DNA of 64,000 nt from Ignavibacteriota bacterium (GTDB lineage: Bacteria; Bacteroidota; Ignavibacteria; Palsa-1295), in the NCBI GenBank assembly GCA_963776895.1, contig CAVZOL010000009.1, forward strand, positions 394,704 to 458,703. The letters are read 5' to 3'. The notes beneath the pieces were generated by a model, which saw nothing but the letters and a program-made list of their open reading frames with translations, had not been told where the DNA came from and ran no database searches. The translations under genes and the position numbers were made by a program. Positions within the stretch are counted from its first letter, which is position 1, and each line of letters opens with the position of its first letter. Below, in pieces: positions 18,884 through 27,540 of the stretch.

Positions 18884-19519
18884 CTATGCCTTAACGATCT
18901 CCACTAATTGGTTCTTCGCTCCGGCGAACGATCCGCTCACGAGCACTAAATTCTGTTCCGGCAGCACTTTCATCACGCGAAGATTTCGCGTGGTAATTCG
19001 CGTGCCACCCATGCGGCCACCCATGCGCTGTCCTTTAAAGACGCGGGAAGGATAGCTCGATGAACCGATCGATCCCGGTGCGCGCTGACGATCGGATTGA
19101 CCGTGCGTCGATTGGCCGACACCACCGAAATGATGGCGCTTCACGACACCCTGGAACCCGCGGCCTTTCGAGGTCGAGGATACATGCACGGTGTCGCCTT
19201 CGTGAAAAAGGTCTGCCGCGTTGATCGCTTTGCCGGGCGTCATGGTCGCAAGCTCGCTATCGGGAAACGACCTAAATTCCTTCAGATACCGCTTCGCCGA
19301 TGTGCCGCTCTTTGCGAAATGACCATTTTCCGGCTTGTTCAGCTTACGCTCATCCATGTCCTCGAAACCAAGCTGAACGGCGTCATAGCCATCAGCATCT
19401 TTCGTCTTGACCTGAGTTACGAAGCATGGGCCAGCCTGAATGACGGTCACGGGAACATATTGCCCCTGATCGTCAAAGATGCCGGTCATTCCTACTTTTT
19501 TACCTAATAGTGCGCTCAT
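18884..19519 (-). CDS. rplC: 50S ribosomal protein L3 (uL3)
   Basis: LGKKVGMTGIFDDQGQYVPVTVIQAGPC... Confidence 0.95.
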   Translation of the reverse strand: MSALLGKKVGMTGIFDDQGQYVPVTVIQAGPCFVTQVKTKDADGYDAVQLGFEDMDERKLNKPENGHFAKSGTSAKRYLKEFRSFPDSELATMTPGKAINAADLFHEGDTVHVSSTSKGRGFQGVVKRHHFGGVGQSTHGQSDRQRAPGSIGSSSYPSRVFKGQRMGGRMGGTRITTRNLRVMKVLPEQNLVLVSGSFAGAKNQLVEIVKA

Positions 19520-19662
19520 TGTCGCCTCAAAAAACTTTCTTTTTCTACGTAATCAAGCTTACGCCAAGCTTCCAAAGATCCTTCGACTCCGCTATCCTTC
19601 GCGTTGCGAAGGATAGCTCCGCTCAGGATGACATGTTATAAAACAGCCTGCTATTGTCAGCC

Positions 19663-19965
19663 TCAGACCTTAATTTCTACTTCTACTCCGGCCGGCAATT
19701 CCAGCTTCATCAGCGAATCGACGGTGCGGCTGTTCGAATTCAGAATATCGATCAGGCGCTTGTGCGCGCGGATCTCAAACTGCTCGCGGCTCTTCTTATC
19801 TACGTGAGGAGAGCGGTTGACCGTGAAGATGGATTTCTTCGTCGGCAGCGGAATCGGCCCCGAAACGACGCAGCCAGTCGGCTTCACCGTTCGGATGATC
19901 TTTTCCGCGCTCTTATCGATCAGGTTATGATCGTAGGATTTCAGTTTGATTCGGATCTTCTGCAT
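19663..19965 (-). CDS. rpsJ: 30S ribosomal protein S10 (uS10)
   Basis: [17 protein letters not shown]... The start is trimmed to the ATG at 19965; the ORF track begins at a GTG at 19986. Confidence 0.92.
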   Translation of the reverse strand: MQKIRIKLKSYDHNLIDKSAEKIIRTVKPTGCVVSGPIPLPTKKSIFTVNRSPHVDKKSREQFEIRAHKRLIDILNSNSRTVDSLMKLELPAGVEVEIKV

Positions 19966-20013
19966 TAAAACGAATGAAGCGCGCACCGTTTGAAAGTGCG
20001 CGCTTCTTATAAA

Positions 20014-21222
20014 TTACTTCGTGATCTTATCTACTACTCCTGCTCCGACCGTGCGTCCGCCTTCGCGAATAGCGAAGCGAAGGCCTTGCTCCATGGCGAT
20101 CGGGCTGATAAGCTCGATCTTCATCATGACGTTATCGCCCGGCATGACCATCTCGACGCCTTCCGGCAATGTTGCCACGCCTGTTACGTCCGTCGTGCGG
20201 AAGTAGAACTGCGGGCGATAGCCATTGAAGAATGGAGTGTGACGTCCGCCTTCTTCCTTCGAAAGCACATAGACCGTCGCATCGAAGTTCGTGTGCGGTG
20301 TGATCGAACCCGGTTTCGCGATAACCTGGCCGCGCTCAAGATCCGTCTTTTCTACGCCGCGAAGAAGGATACCGACGTTATCGCCAGCCTGGCCTTCTTC
20401 CATTTCCTTGCGGAACATCTCGACGCCGGTAACGACCGATTTCTTGTGCTGGCCGAGTCCGATAATTTCCACTTCGTCCTGAATGTGAACTTTACCGCGC
20501 TCGATACGACCCGTTCCCACCGTGCCACGGCCTGTGATCGAGAATACGTCTTCGATCGACATAAGGAATGGCTTGTCAACATCGCGAACAGGTGTCGGGA
20601 TGTAGCTATCGACCGCATCCATAAGATCGTAGATGCACTTCAAACGCGGATCGTCAATACCGGCGGCCGGATCGGCACCGGCATTCAGCGCATTGAGCGC
20701 CGAGCCTGGAATGATCGGAATTTCGTCGCCGGGGAATTCGTACTTGCTGAGCAACTCACGAATTTCAAGCTCGACAAGCTCCAAAAGCTCTGGGTCGGCA
20801 GCATCGACCTTATTCATAAATACTACGATACGCGGCACACCGACCTGACGCGCAAGCAGAATGTGCTCGCGGGTCTGCGGCATCGGGCCGTCGGTTGCGG
20901 CTACGACGAGGATAGCTCCGTCCATCTGCGCGGCGCCGGTGATCATGTTCTTGACATAATCGGCGTGACCGGGGCAGTCAACGTGCGCGTAGTGACGGTT
21001 AGCCGTCTCGTACTCGACGTGTGCCGTAGCGATTGTGATTCCACGCGCGCGCTCTTCCGGCGCATTATCGATAGAATCGAAAGTGCGGACCTCGTTGCCC
21101 GGCATCTTTTTGGCGAGCGCCATCGTGATCGCCGCGGTGAGCGTGGTCTTGCCATGATCGACATGGCCGATCGTGCCCACGTTTACGTGAGGCTTAGAAC
21201 GTTCGTATTTAGCTTTTGCCAT
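20014..21222 (-). CDS. tuf: Elongation factor Tu
   Basis: [28 protein letters not shown]...[21 protein letters not shown]... Confidence 0.98.
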   Translation of the reverse strand: MAKAKYERSKPHVNVGTIGHVDHGKTTLTAAITMALAKKMPGNEVRTFDSIDNAPEERARGITIATAHVEYETANRHYAHVDCPGHADYVKNMITGAAQMDGAILVVAATDGPMPQTREHILLARQVGVPRIVVFMNKVDAADPELLELVELEIRELLSKYEFPGDEIPIIPGSALNALNAGADPAAGIDDPRLKCIYDLMDAVDSYIPTPVRDVDKPFLMSIEDVFSITGRGTVGTGRIERGKVHIQDEVEIIGLGQHKKSVVTGVEMFRKEMEEGQAGDNVGILLRGVEKTDLERGQVIAKPGSITPHTNFDATVYVLSKEEGGRHTPFFNGYRPQFYFRTTDVTGVATLPEGVEMVMPGDNVMMKIELISPIAMEQGLRFAIREGGRTVGAGVVDKITK

Positions 21223-21254
21223 TGTTGTGTAAAAAGATAATTCGAAAAAAAATC

Positions 21255-21614
21255 GTAGGGGCGCATGGCAATGCGCCCTATTCGTAAAACCTTATTATTG
21301 ATATTCCTCCGAGTGGGGCGCATTGCCATGCGCCCCTACATGATCGATTAATCTCGATCTTCATTCGCGTGCGAGCGCTCGGTAGTGCTTCCTTCAAACT
21401 CCTCTCCCGTTTACGGGAGAGGCTGGGTGAGGGCAGCAGAACACGTCTTTCAGCTAGCTGAAAGCGTATGTTCTTAGCGCTTCAATTAAGAGTGCAGAGG
21501 CGAATGTTTATCAATGAGCCGCTTGCTGAGCCTTGAAATTCGTAGCCGTGACTTTCAAGTCACGGTGTGAAAATCACGGCAGTAAACTCACCGTGACCTA
21601 AGGTCACGGCTACG
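21255..21614. repeat. Back-to-back palindromic elements upstream of tuf
   Basis: gtaggggcgcatggcaatgcgcccta (21255-21280); gtggggcgcattgccatgcgcccctac (21313-21339); ctcctctcccgtttacgggagaggctgggtgaggg (21400-21434); tttcagctagctgaaa (about 21458-21473); the GTGAC double hairpin (21541-21614). Confidence 0.85.
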
Positions 21615-21765
21615 AAGCCAAAAACTGCCTTTTTTCGCCAATTTTCGAGCTTTTTTATTGCAAGCGCGCCTATAACCGGATGAGTGGGGGAAGAGTTTCG
21701 GGGAAAGTGTGGAATTTCCCCGAACGCAAAGAATTTTCTCGCTCCATTCCAATGTTGCTATCCTT

Positions 21766-22002
21766 ATGCAAACCGCTCCAGTCACATTACGCGTACCTGT
21801 ATCCATCTCGCAAGCAGATGCGGAGCTTATGTTAGCCGTAAAATTATTCGAGACGAATAAGCTATCGCTCGGTCAGGCGGCAGAACTTTCCGGTTATTCC
21901 TACCGAGCATTCCTCGAAGTGCTCCATCGAAATAAAATTCCTGTCATCAATTATTCCGCATCCGATCTGGAAAAAGAGCTATCCGCATGGGAGCCATCGT
22001 AA
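21766..22002 (+). CDS. UPF0175-family antitoxin
   Basis: KLSLGQAAELSGYSYRAFLEVLHRNKIPVINYSASDLEKEL. The start is trimmed to the ATG at 21766, and the gene overlaps the next one. Confidence 0.75.
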   Translation: MQTAPVTLRVPVSISQADAELMLAVKLFETNKLSLGQAAELSGYSYRAFLEVLHRNKIPVINYSASDLEKELSAWEPS

Positions 22003-22436
22003 GCGATGCCACATGCCTGATCGGCTTGCATAATGTCGGGAAGCTTGATGTGCTTCCGAAGATTTTTTCGAAGATTCTTATCCCACCGGCTGTTGAACGG
22101 GAATTCGGTGGAGTGATTGAGTTAACCGAAACCATACCGCCATCGGATCACAATCTCGTTAATTCGCTTGCGTTATTTCTTGGCGCCGGTGAATCGGAAG
22201 CGATCGCCCTGGCACTTGAACAAAATGCTCCGATCATACTCGACGACAAAAAGGCACGCATGACTGCCGACAGCATGGGCCTTAAAATTCTGGGAACCGT
22301 TGGGATACTTTTACTCGCGAAACGCAAGCGCCTCGTTTCAGAAATCTCCCCGCTCCTGCAGGAATTGGAGCGAACGGGATTCTATATGAGTGCAAACTTG
22401 AAGGAACAGGCTCTGGAACTCGCGGGAGAAATCTAA
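21987..22436 (+). CDS. DUF3368 PIN-like toxin
   Basis: IVSDATCLIGLHNVGKLDVL...GESEAIALALEQNAPIILDDKKAR...GTVGILLLAKRK. This is the known partner of UPF0175. Confidence 0.75.
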   Translation: MGAIVSDATCLIGLHNVGKLDVLPKIFSKILIPPAVEREFGGVIELTETIPPSDHNLVNSLALFLGAGESEAIALALEQNAPIILDDKKARMTADSMGLKILGTVGILLLAKRKRLVSEISPLLQELERTGFYMSANLKEQALELAGEI

Positions 22437-22542
22437 ACACGATAAACTCCCGGGCTCTGTTTTTGCAAGCGAGCGTATTACCGAATGGGTGAGGGAAGCA
22501 TTTCGGGGAAAATGGGGGTTATTTCGCGAAATATTTCTTTTA

Positions 22543-23001
22543 TCAGGGTTTTCTGGCACAATATATCGAAACGTCAACTGTATCTTGCTGTGGCTGCCGC
22601 TTTAGATAGCACCCAAGGGATAGCCTATTACCCTTGTAAAAATAGATGTAATTTGAATCAACATCACCGAAATCGCTTTTGCATTGGATCGAATAAGCAT
22701 CCGGAGGCCCATCAGTGTACATTGCTATCTGGGGAAGGACAACATGATGTCCGGTTAAAGTTAAGACCTCATTTGTTGAATCGTTAGTAATAGTTCCAGC
22801 AATTAAAGAGTCTGCCTCCGTTATTACTGCCGTGCAAAAATCCGTATCCGTGAAGAAGCCATTGACCGACGGGGTCCAGCTACCCTCAAAAGTACCTGGT
22901 GCAAGATAATATGCTCCTCCCGGTGCATAGGGCGAAATGGGCGCGGTCGATGAACTGCAGCCGACAATCAAAAGAAACGATAAAGCGAAAATGTATTTCA
23001 T
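22543..23001 (-). CDS. Hypothetical lipoprotein
   Basis: MKYIFALSFLLIVGCSSS lipobox; no family recognised. Confidence 0.6.
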   Translation of the reverse strand: MKYIFALSFLLIVGCSSSTAPISPYAPGGAYYLAPGTFEGSWTPSVNGFFTDTDFCTAVITEADSLIAGTITNDSTNEVLTLTGHHVVLPQIAMYTDGPPDAYSIQCKSDFGDVDSNYIYFYKGNRLSLGCYLKRQPQQDTVDVSIYCARKP

Positions 23002-23112
23002 ATGATAATCCCCTCAGATTTAGAACACATAAGAGGGAAAAAAGTGCGGGGTTATCAATACCGATAATTAAACATCACGCTACTATCGGCGTGGAAGACG
23101 GAATCACTGGTG

Positions 23113-23238
23113 AGTTTTTCATTGTGTGGGGCGAAATATCCACCGCGGCGGATTTGGTTCTTTCCCACCACCGAAATAGCATTTCGGCCCACACAGCATT
23201 AACAAAACAGCGAACTTTAGTGTGCAAGGCGGGGTATT
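23113..23238 (+). repeat. Copy A of a roughly 126-bp structured element, ending 7 nt before the DUF433 start codon
   Basis: About 80-85 percent identical to 23831-23957 by eye. The stem is gtgtggggcgaaat (23124-23137) with atttcggcccacac (23181-23194). Confidence 0.85.
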
Positions 23239-23245
23239 CTTTAGT

Positions 23246-23479
23246 ATGGAGCAAATTTTCGATAGAATCACCATTGATCCCGCCGTTTTAGGCGGCAAAC
23301 CATCGTTTCGCCATAAACGAATCGCGGTCGAAACGATTTTGGAGTTCTTATCGGCTGGCGAGAGTATTGACGAAATTCTGAAGCAATATCCGAGCCTTGA
23401 AGCTGAGGATATTCATGCAGCGTTAGAATTCGCAACGGAATTAATGCGACACAACTACACGATTCGAGTTGCTGCATAA
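23246..23479 (+). CDS. DUF433-family antitoxin
   Basis: ITIDPAVLGGKPSFRHKRIAVETILEFLSAGESIDEILKQYPSLEAEDIHAALEF. Confidence 0.75.
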   Translation: MEQIFDRITIDPAVLGGKPSFRHKRIAVETILEFLSAGESIDEILKQYPSLEAEDIHAALEFATELMRHNYTIRVAA

Positions 23480-23481
23480 AA

Positions 23482-23823
23482 ATGCCGCGCTTTCTGATCG
23501 ATGTTAACCTTCCCTATTACTTCTCGCTTTGGCATGGCGAAAATTTCATTCATCAACGCGATATGGACGATGAATGGACTGATTCGGAAATTTGGGATTA
23601 TGCGACCGAAAACGACCTCATAATCGTGACGAAAGATGCGGATTTCTCCCATCGAATGATTTTTCACACGCCTCCGCCGAAAGTCATACACGTTCGCTTC
23701 GGTAATATGAAAATGAGGGAGTTCCATACCACCCTTAGCAAGCATTGGCCCGAAGCTTTTCGCCTGATCGAAAACAATAAATTAGTCTCGATCTATATTG
23801 ACCGGGTGGAGGCGATTAACTGA
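23482..23823 (+). CDS. DUF5615 (PIN/Mut7-C-like) toxin
   Basis: MPRFLIDVNLP...DSEIWDYATENDLIIVTKDADF. This is the usual partner of DUF433. Confidence 0.7.
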   Translation: MPRFLIDVNLPYYFSLWHGENFIHQRDMDDEWTDSEIWDYATENDLIIVTKDADFSHRMIFHTPPPKVIHVRFGNMKMREFHTTLSKHWPEAFRLIENNKLVSIYIDRVEAIN

Positions 23824-23830
23824 TCTCATT

Positions 23831-23957
23831 AGTTTTTCATTGTGTGGGGCGAAATATCCGCCGCGACGGTTTCGCTTCATTCCTATAGCCGAAATAACAT
23901 TTCGGCCCACACGGCATTAACGAAAAGGGCGAACTTTAGTGTGCTTGGCGGGGTATT
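23831..23957 (+). repeat. Copy B of the roughly 126-bp structured element, ending 6 nt before the hicB start codon
   Basis: See copy A. The flanks and stem are identical, and the central loop is divergent. Confidence 0.85.
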
Positions 23958-23963
23958 AAAAGC

Positions 23964-24179
23964 ATGACGATTAACGCTTACATCGAGTGGGATCCGGAGA
24001 CGCGGCTGTATATCGGAATCGTTCCGGGAATTCGCGGCGCACACACGCAAGCTGAAACCCTGGACGAACTCGATAAGAACCTGCAAGAAGTGCTTGCATT
24101 ATGCTATGAGGAAGATCGTGAGGAATTTCAAAGCCTGCCACGCTATGTAGGTACTCACCAACTCGAAGTAGTAGTGTGA
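23964..24179 (+). CDS. hicB: HicB-family antitoxin
   Basis: YIEWDPETRLYIGIVPGIRGAHTQAETLDELDKNLQEVLALCYEE. Confidence 0.8.
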   Translation: MTINAYIEWDPETRLYIGIVPGIRGAHTQAETLDELDKNLQEVLALCYEEDREEFQSLPRYVGTHQLEVVV

Positions 24180-24409
24180 GCAAATTACAGATCGTCGATT
24201 ACAAGACGATGCACCGGTTTCTTTCGGGCCAAGGATTTCGTGTTTCCCGCCAAAAAGGAAGCCATGTCTTCTACCGCAACTCCGATGGACGCACTACTAC
24301 TGTTCCCAATCATGGTGGGCGCGACCTCTCACGTCCGCTTATTCGAGAAATTCTCCGTGAGATTGATGTAACGACCGAGACTTTTAATCGAATTCTTAAC
24401 GAACTCTAA
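24176..24409 (+). CDS. hicA: HicA-family mRNA interferase toxin
   Basis: LSGQGFRVSRQKGSHVFYRNSDGRTTTVPNHGGRDLSRPLIREILREI. It overlaps hicB by 4 nt. Confidence 0.8.
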   Translation: MSKLQIVDYKTMHRFLSGQGFRVSRQKGSHVFYRNSDGRTTTVPNHGGRDLSRPLIREILREIDVTTETFNRILNEL

Positions 24410-24414
24410 ATAGT

Positions 24415-25953
24415 TCAATACCGGTAACTAAACGTCAGGCTCATATCGTCGCGGGAGACGGCGTCGTCATTCACATTGGCGGTGACGAACTGGCCGGATG
24501 GCGTGTAGTCGTTGTAGATCGCGTGGTTCGTGTGATAGGTAGAAATACGAATAGCCGCTTCGAGATCGACAAACTTGCTGAGAGCAAAACCTAAGCCACC
24601 GGAGATGGCCGTTACGCCATAATTGGTTGGGTCGCTCTTGTATGGCGATGGTTCGAAGCTATATCCTGCGCGCAGGCTAATGCCGATAACCGGGATCGTA
24701 TATTCTGCGCCAAGCTGGTATGAAAACACGCCGCGCAGTGAATCGCTTGCCGCCTGGTTTTCTGCGCTTGCATCAAACGTGGAATTGGTGATCTCCAGAT
24801 CGGCCATATTCATATAACTTGCGCTTAGGGAACCGACAAATCCTGCAACATGCACCGATGCGCCCGCGCCAAAGCGCGTCGGGGTGACGATGTCGTAACT
24901 ATCTCCACCGCTCGGCGGATTATCCATTTGGCCACTAAAATATGGGCCATCATTCGCAAAATAAGCGATGCCGCTCTCTTGATAGGTCTCGTCAATATGA
25001 AGCACCTGTGGCGTTTCCACGGTGAGTCCGAATTTCACGATCTGTTTATCGACAAGCAAACCGAATTTAACCGACCCGCCGCTCTGATCCTGATGCAAAT
25101 GGGAGCTGATCGTAGCGGATTGGAACCCTGCGGGCGCGGCAGTACCCGTATCGGTCGCGATATGGTTCACATTCGTTTCCGTATAATTCTCGAACTGATC
25201 GAACGTTCCGAACAGGATATTGAGTGTCGCGCCGAGTGAGACATCCGGCGCGATCTCCACTCCGCCGCCGATACGCACGGCATCCAAACCGCCTTCGTTG
25301 GTTACGTTACCCGATTCGAGGTTCCCACCATTGAAGGGGGTAGTAAGTGAAAAAGCTCCGCTATCGGGAACGTCATACGTCAATCCAAGCGCATAGGCAA
25401 GATTGTTATTCCCTAAATAGTTTTGATTATTCGGCTGCCCGTATCTATAATATCCAGGCCCCGAGATAGGCGTACCGGACGAAAGAAATCCTACCGTATT
25501 GAAATACGAAGAATTCGGATTGACGGCGCTAAAACTATACGCGGAGGTGTAATCGGCGACGCGGTCAAACGAAATGGCCGTTACAAAATTCCCCTGTACG
25601 GTAGGCCACTTCGTAGCAAAACCAACGGACGAAAGCGCGCCGGCATCGAAGGTTGAGTTCGAGGAAGAACCAAGGAAGCTGGCATCGGAACTATAATCGC
25701 GGTTAAAGCCGGAGATCGTGAACAGGCGCGATTGTATCGCCACGAGGTCGGCCGGATTGTAATCGAGTGCATCGATGCCGTTCGCGGCAGAAATAAGGTT
25801 ACCGCCCATTGCGGTTCCGCGCGCATCGCTGGAAAGCGGCTGCGTCGCAAGCAGGAGATCGCTCTGCGCGATCTGCGCGCGAAGCGCACCCGGTATTACA
25901 AAACATGTGAATACAAAAATGGTGAAGAGGAGTAGAAATTTTATGCGTGACAT
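24415..25953 (-). CDS. Outer-membrane beta-barrel protein, PorV/FadL-like
   Basis: Signal peptide, N-terminal motif SSDARGTAMGG...GIDALDYNPADLV, and a C-terminal LTFSYRY aromatic terminus. Confidence 0.65.
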   Translation of the reverse strand: MSRIKFLLLFTIFVFTCFVIPGALRAQIAQSDLLLATQPLSSDARGTAMGGNLISAANGIDALDYNPADLVAIQSRLFTISGFNRDYSSDASFLGSSSNSTFDAGALSSVGFATKWPTVQGNFVTAISFDRVADYTSAYSFSAVNPNSSYFNTVGFLSSGTPISGPGYYRYGQPNNQNYLGNNNLAYALGLTYDVPDSGAFSLTTPFNGGNLESGNVTNEGGLDAVRIGGGVEIAPDVSLGATLNILFGTFDQFENYTETNVNHIATDTGTAAPAGFQSATISSHLHQDQSGGSVKFGLLVDKQIVKFGLTVETPQVLHIDETYQESGIAYFANDGPYFSGQMDNPPSGGDSYDIVTPTRFGAGASVHVAGFVGSLSASYMNMADLEITNSTFDASAENQAASDSLRGVFSYQLGAEYTIPVIGISLRAGYSFEPSPYKSDPTNYGVTAISGGLGFALSKFVDLEAAIRISTYHTNHAIYNDYTPSGQFVTANVNDDAVSRDDMSLTFSYRY

Positions 25954-26007
25954 AGTCGAGAAAATAGTAACTATGAATTTATGACGGAAGAATAAAATGA
26001 GAAAATA

Positions 26008-26027
26008 GGCCGGAAATAATTCCGGCC
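26008..26027 (-). terminator. Hairpin with a T-rich tail downstream of the Gly/Tyr-rich lipoprotein gene
   Basis: ggccggaa-ataa-ttccggcc. The minus strand continues tattttctcatttta. Confidence 0.45.
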
Positions 26028-26039
26028 CCTTAAAAGGCG

Positions 26040-27125
26040 TTATCGCGCGTGGCCACCGCCACCGCCGCCGGAAGAACGTGAACCGCCGCCGCTTCTTCCG
26101 CCTCCGCCATAAGACCGGCCAGAAGAATAACCGCCGCCATAGCCACGTCCGCCGCCGTAAGAGCGATACCCGCCGCGCCCATACGAACCATATCCGCGTG
26201 AGCCGCTGCTTCGGCGAACAACAGTCATATTTCGCCCGCCAACCCTTGCCGTTGAGGATGTAATGGATTGCCCATTGGAGGTCCGAACGACGACCATGTG
26301 TGAAGAAGCCATGCTATGTGAAGAAGCCATGCTGCTGGCACCGGAATTACCCATTGCTCTTGCATTGCCGGCGGCAGATGCTTCTGGGGCCATGGCATGA
26401 ACCGGCGCATCGCGATCTGCAGACATTGCACCACTTGACCGCACTCCACTTGCTTCAGCACCTCTTGATCCTGCAAGTCCAATATCAGATGAGGGGCCGC
26501 GCAATCCCGACGTAATTCCGCCATCGCGGTATTCACCGCCAAGTCCGCCGCCATTGATACCACGCCCTAATCCAGCGTATCCGCCGTAGAAGCCATGACC
26601 GTAGCCGTGATCGTAGCCACCATAACCAAAGCCGTGACCGTAACCGCCATAGAAACCCAGACCATAATAGGGATATAAACCAAGTCCCCAATAAGCACCA
26701 TAATAAGGTGCATACCACCCTGGGTAACCCCAATAATAGGGATACCACGGACTCCACCACGGATCGTAAGGCCAACCAAAACCGATCGAGAAACCATCGT
26801 AATAGCCTGGATAACCCGGATCGTAATAATTGTTGACTACTTCTCCATTGCTGTTCGGCATAGTAGTATCGGCAGCGGATGGAGCTGTGAGCGGACGCTC
26901 GTCGATAAACATCGTATCGCCGTGCATCGTCGTGTCATAGACTACCGCTGTTGAATTTCCATTTCCTTTGACTGTGTCCGAATAAAGTGGTTGTGGCGCG
27001 TGATAAACACGACCGGAAGAACCATAGTATCCTCCGCTGGTACCCGCGAGCTGCGTATAGCAACCGGAAAGCGCAAGGGACGACACCATAATAAAAATTG
27101 CTGCTGACAAATGGGCCGCTTTCAT
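26040..27125 (-). CDS. Lipoprotein with extreme Gly/Tyr/Trp/Pro-rich and C-terminal RGG/SYG low-complexity regions
   Basis: MKAAHLSAAIFIMVSSLALSGC lipobox, with the start trimmed to the ATG at 27125. It also has WWSPWYPYYWGYPGWYAPYYGAYWGLGLYPYYGLGFYGGYGHGFGYGG and ...GRGGYRSYGGGRGYGGGYSSGRSYGGGGRSGGG. Confidence 0.7.
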   Translation of the reverse strand: MKAAHLSAAIFIMVSSLALSGCYTQLAGTSGGYYGSSGRVYHAPQPLYSDTVKGNGNSTAVVYDTTMHGDTMFIDERPLTAPSAADTTMPNSNGEVVNNYYDPGYPGYYDGFSIGFGWPYDPWWSPWYPYYWGYPGWYAPYYGAYWGLGLYPYYGLGFYGGYGHGFGYGGYDHGYGHGFYGGYAGLGRGINGGGLGGEYRDGGITSGLRGPSSDIGLAGSRGAEASGVRSSGAMSADRDAPVHAMAPEASAAGNARAMGNSGASSMASSHSMASSHMVVVRTSNGQSITSSTARVGGRNMTVVRRSSGSRGYGSYGRGGYRSYGGGRGYGGGYSSGRSYGGGGRSGGGSRSSGGGGGGHAR

Positions 27126-27540
27126 AATCTGTATCGAATGATCATTAAAAAAATGCGTTCGTTGTGTTCGTTCTCTTAGAAGTTGAAATTCATGTGTGAT
27201 AAGCGTAAACATGGCCTTTCTCCTTTCTTCTATTATATGTAACGCAAAACTTGACAGAAAGTGACCCGAGATTACTGTTTTTTGCGTTAATTCGCATTAA
27301 TTACTGGAAGACGTTTTGCACAATGATAATTCATAGTTCGAATAGCCGGTTCGGCACAACTTGATACTCGCTCGTGTGTTCTTGGCGCGCGTGTTTTTGT
27401 GTGCTGCAACTTAGAAATAACTTCCTCGAATATAATGTCGTGCAGCGCATCGTAAAAGAGTAGCTGCGCTTTGTTCGCTGCAGGTACCGGCAAAAGTCTA
27501 TTTCGTATGGCGAGGATTTCGTTTCCGTATCTTTGCATTC

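Noticed and set aside
19990-21240. A 416-aa ORF on the plus strand.
   Set aside because: It is exactly antisense to tuf, whose EF-Tu translation is unmistakable. Long antisense ORFs are a common codon-bias artefact.
21673-24409. The TA island, considered as a classical integron or CALIN.
   Set aside because: The repeats lack recognisable R''/R' (RYYYAAC / GTTRRRY) ends. They precede rather than follow the last cassettes, one cassette is inverted, and no intI is in the window. I kept it only as a cassette-like hypothesis.
26225-26797. Alternative-frame ORFs (112, 80 and 76 aa) inside the Gly/Tyr-rich gene.
   Set aside because: They are frame artefacts of repetitive GC-rich sequence. Only the 26040..27125 frame has a lipoprotein signal and runs the full length.
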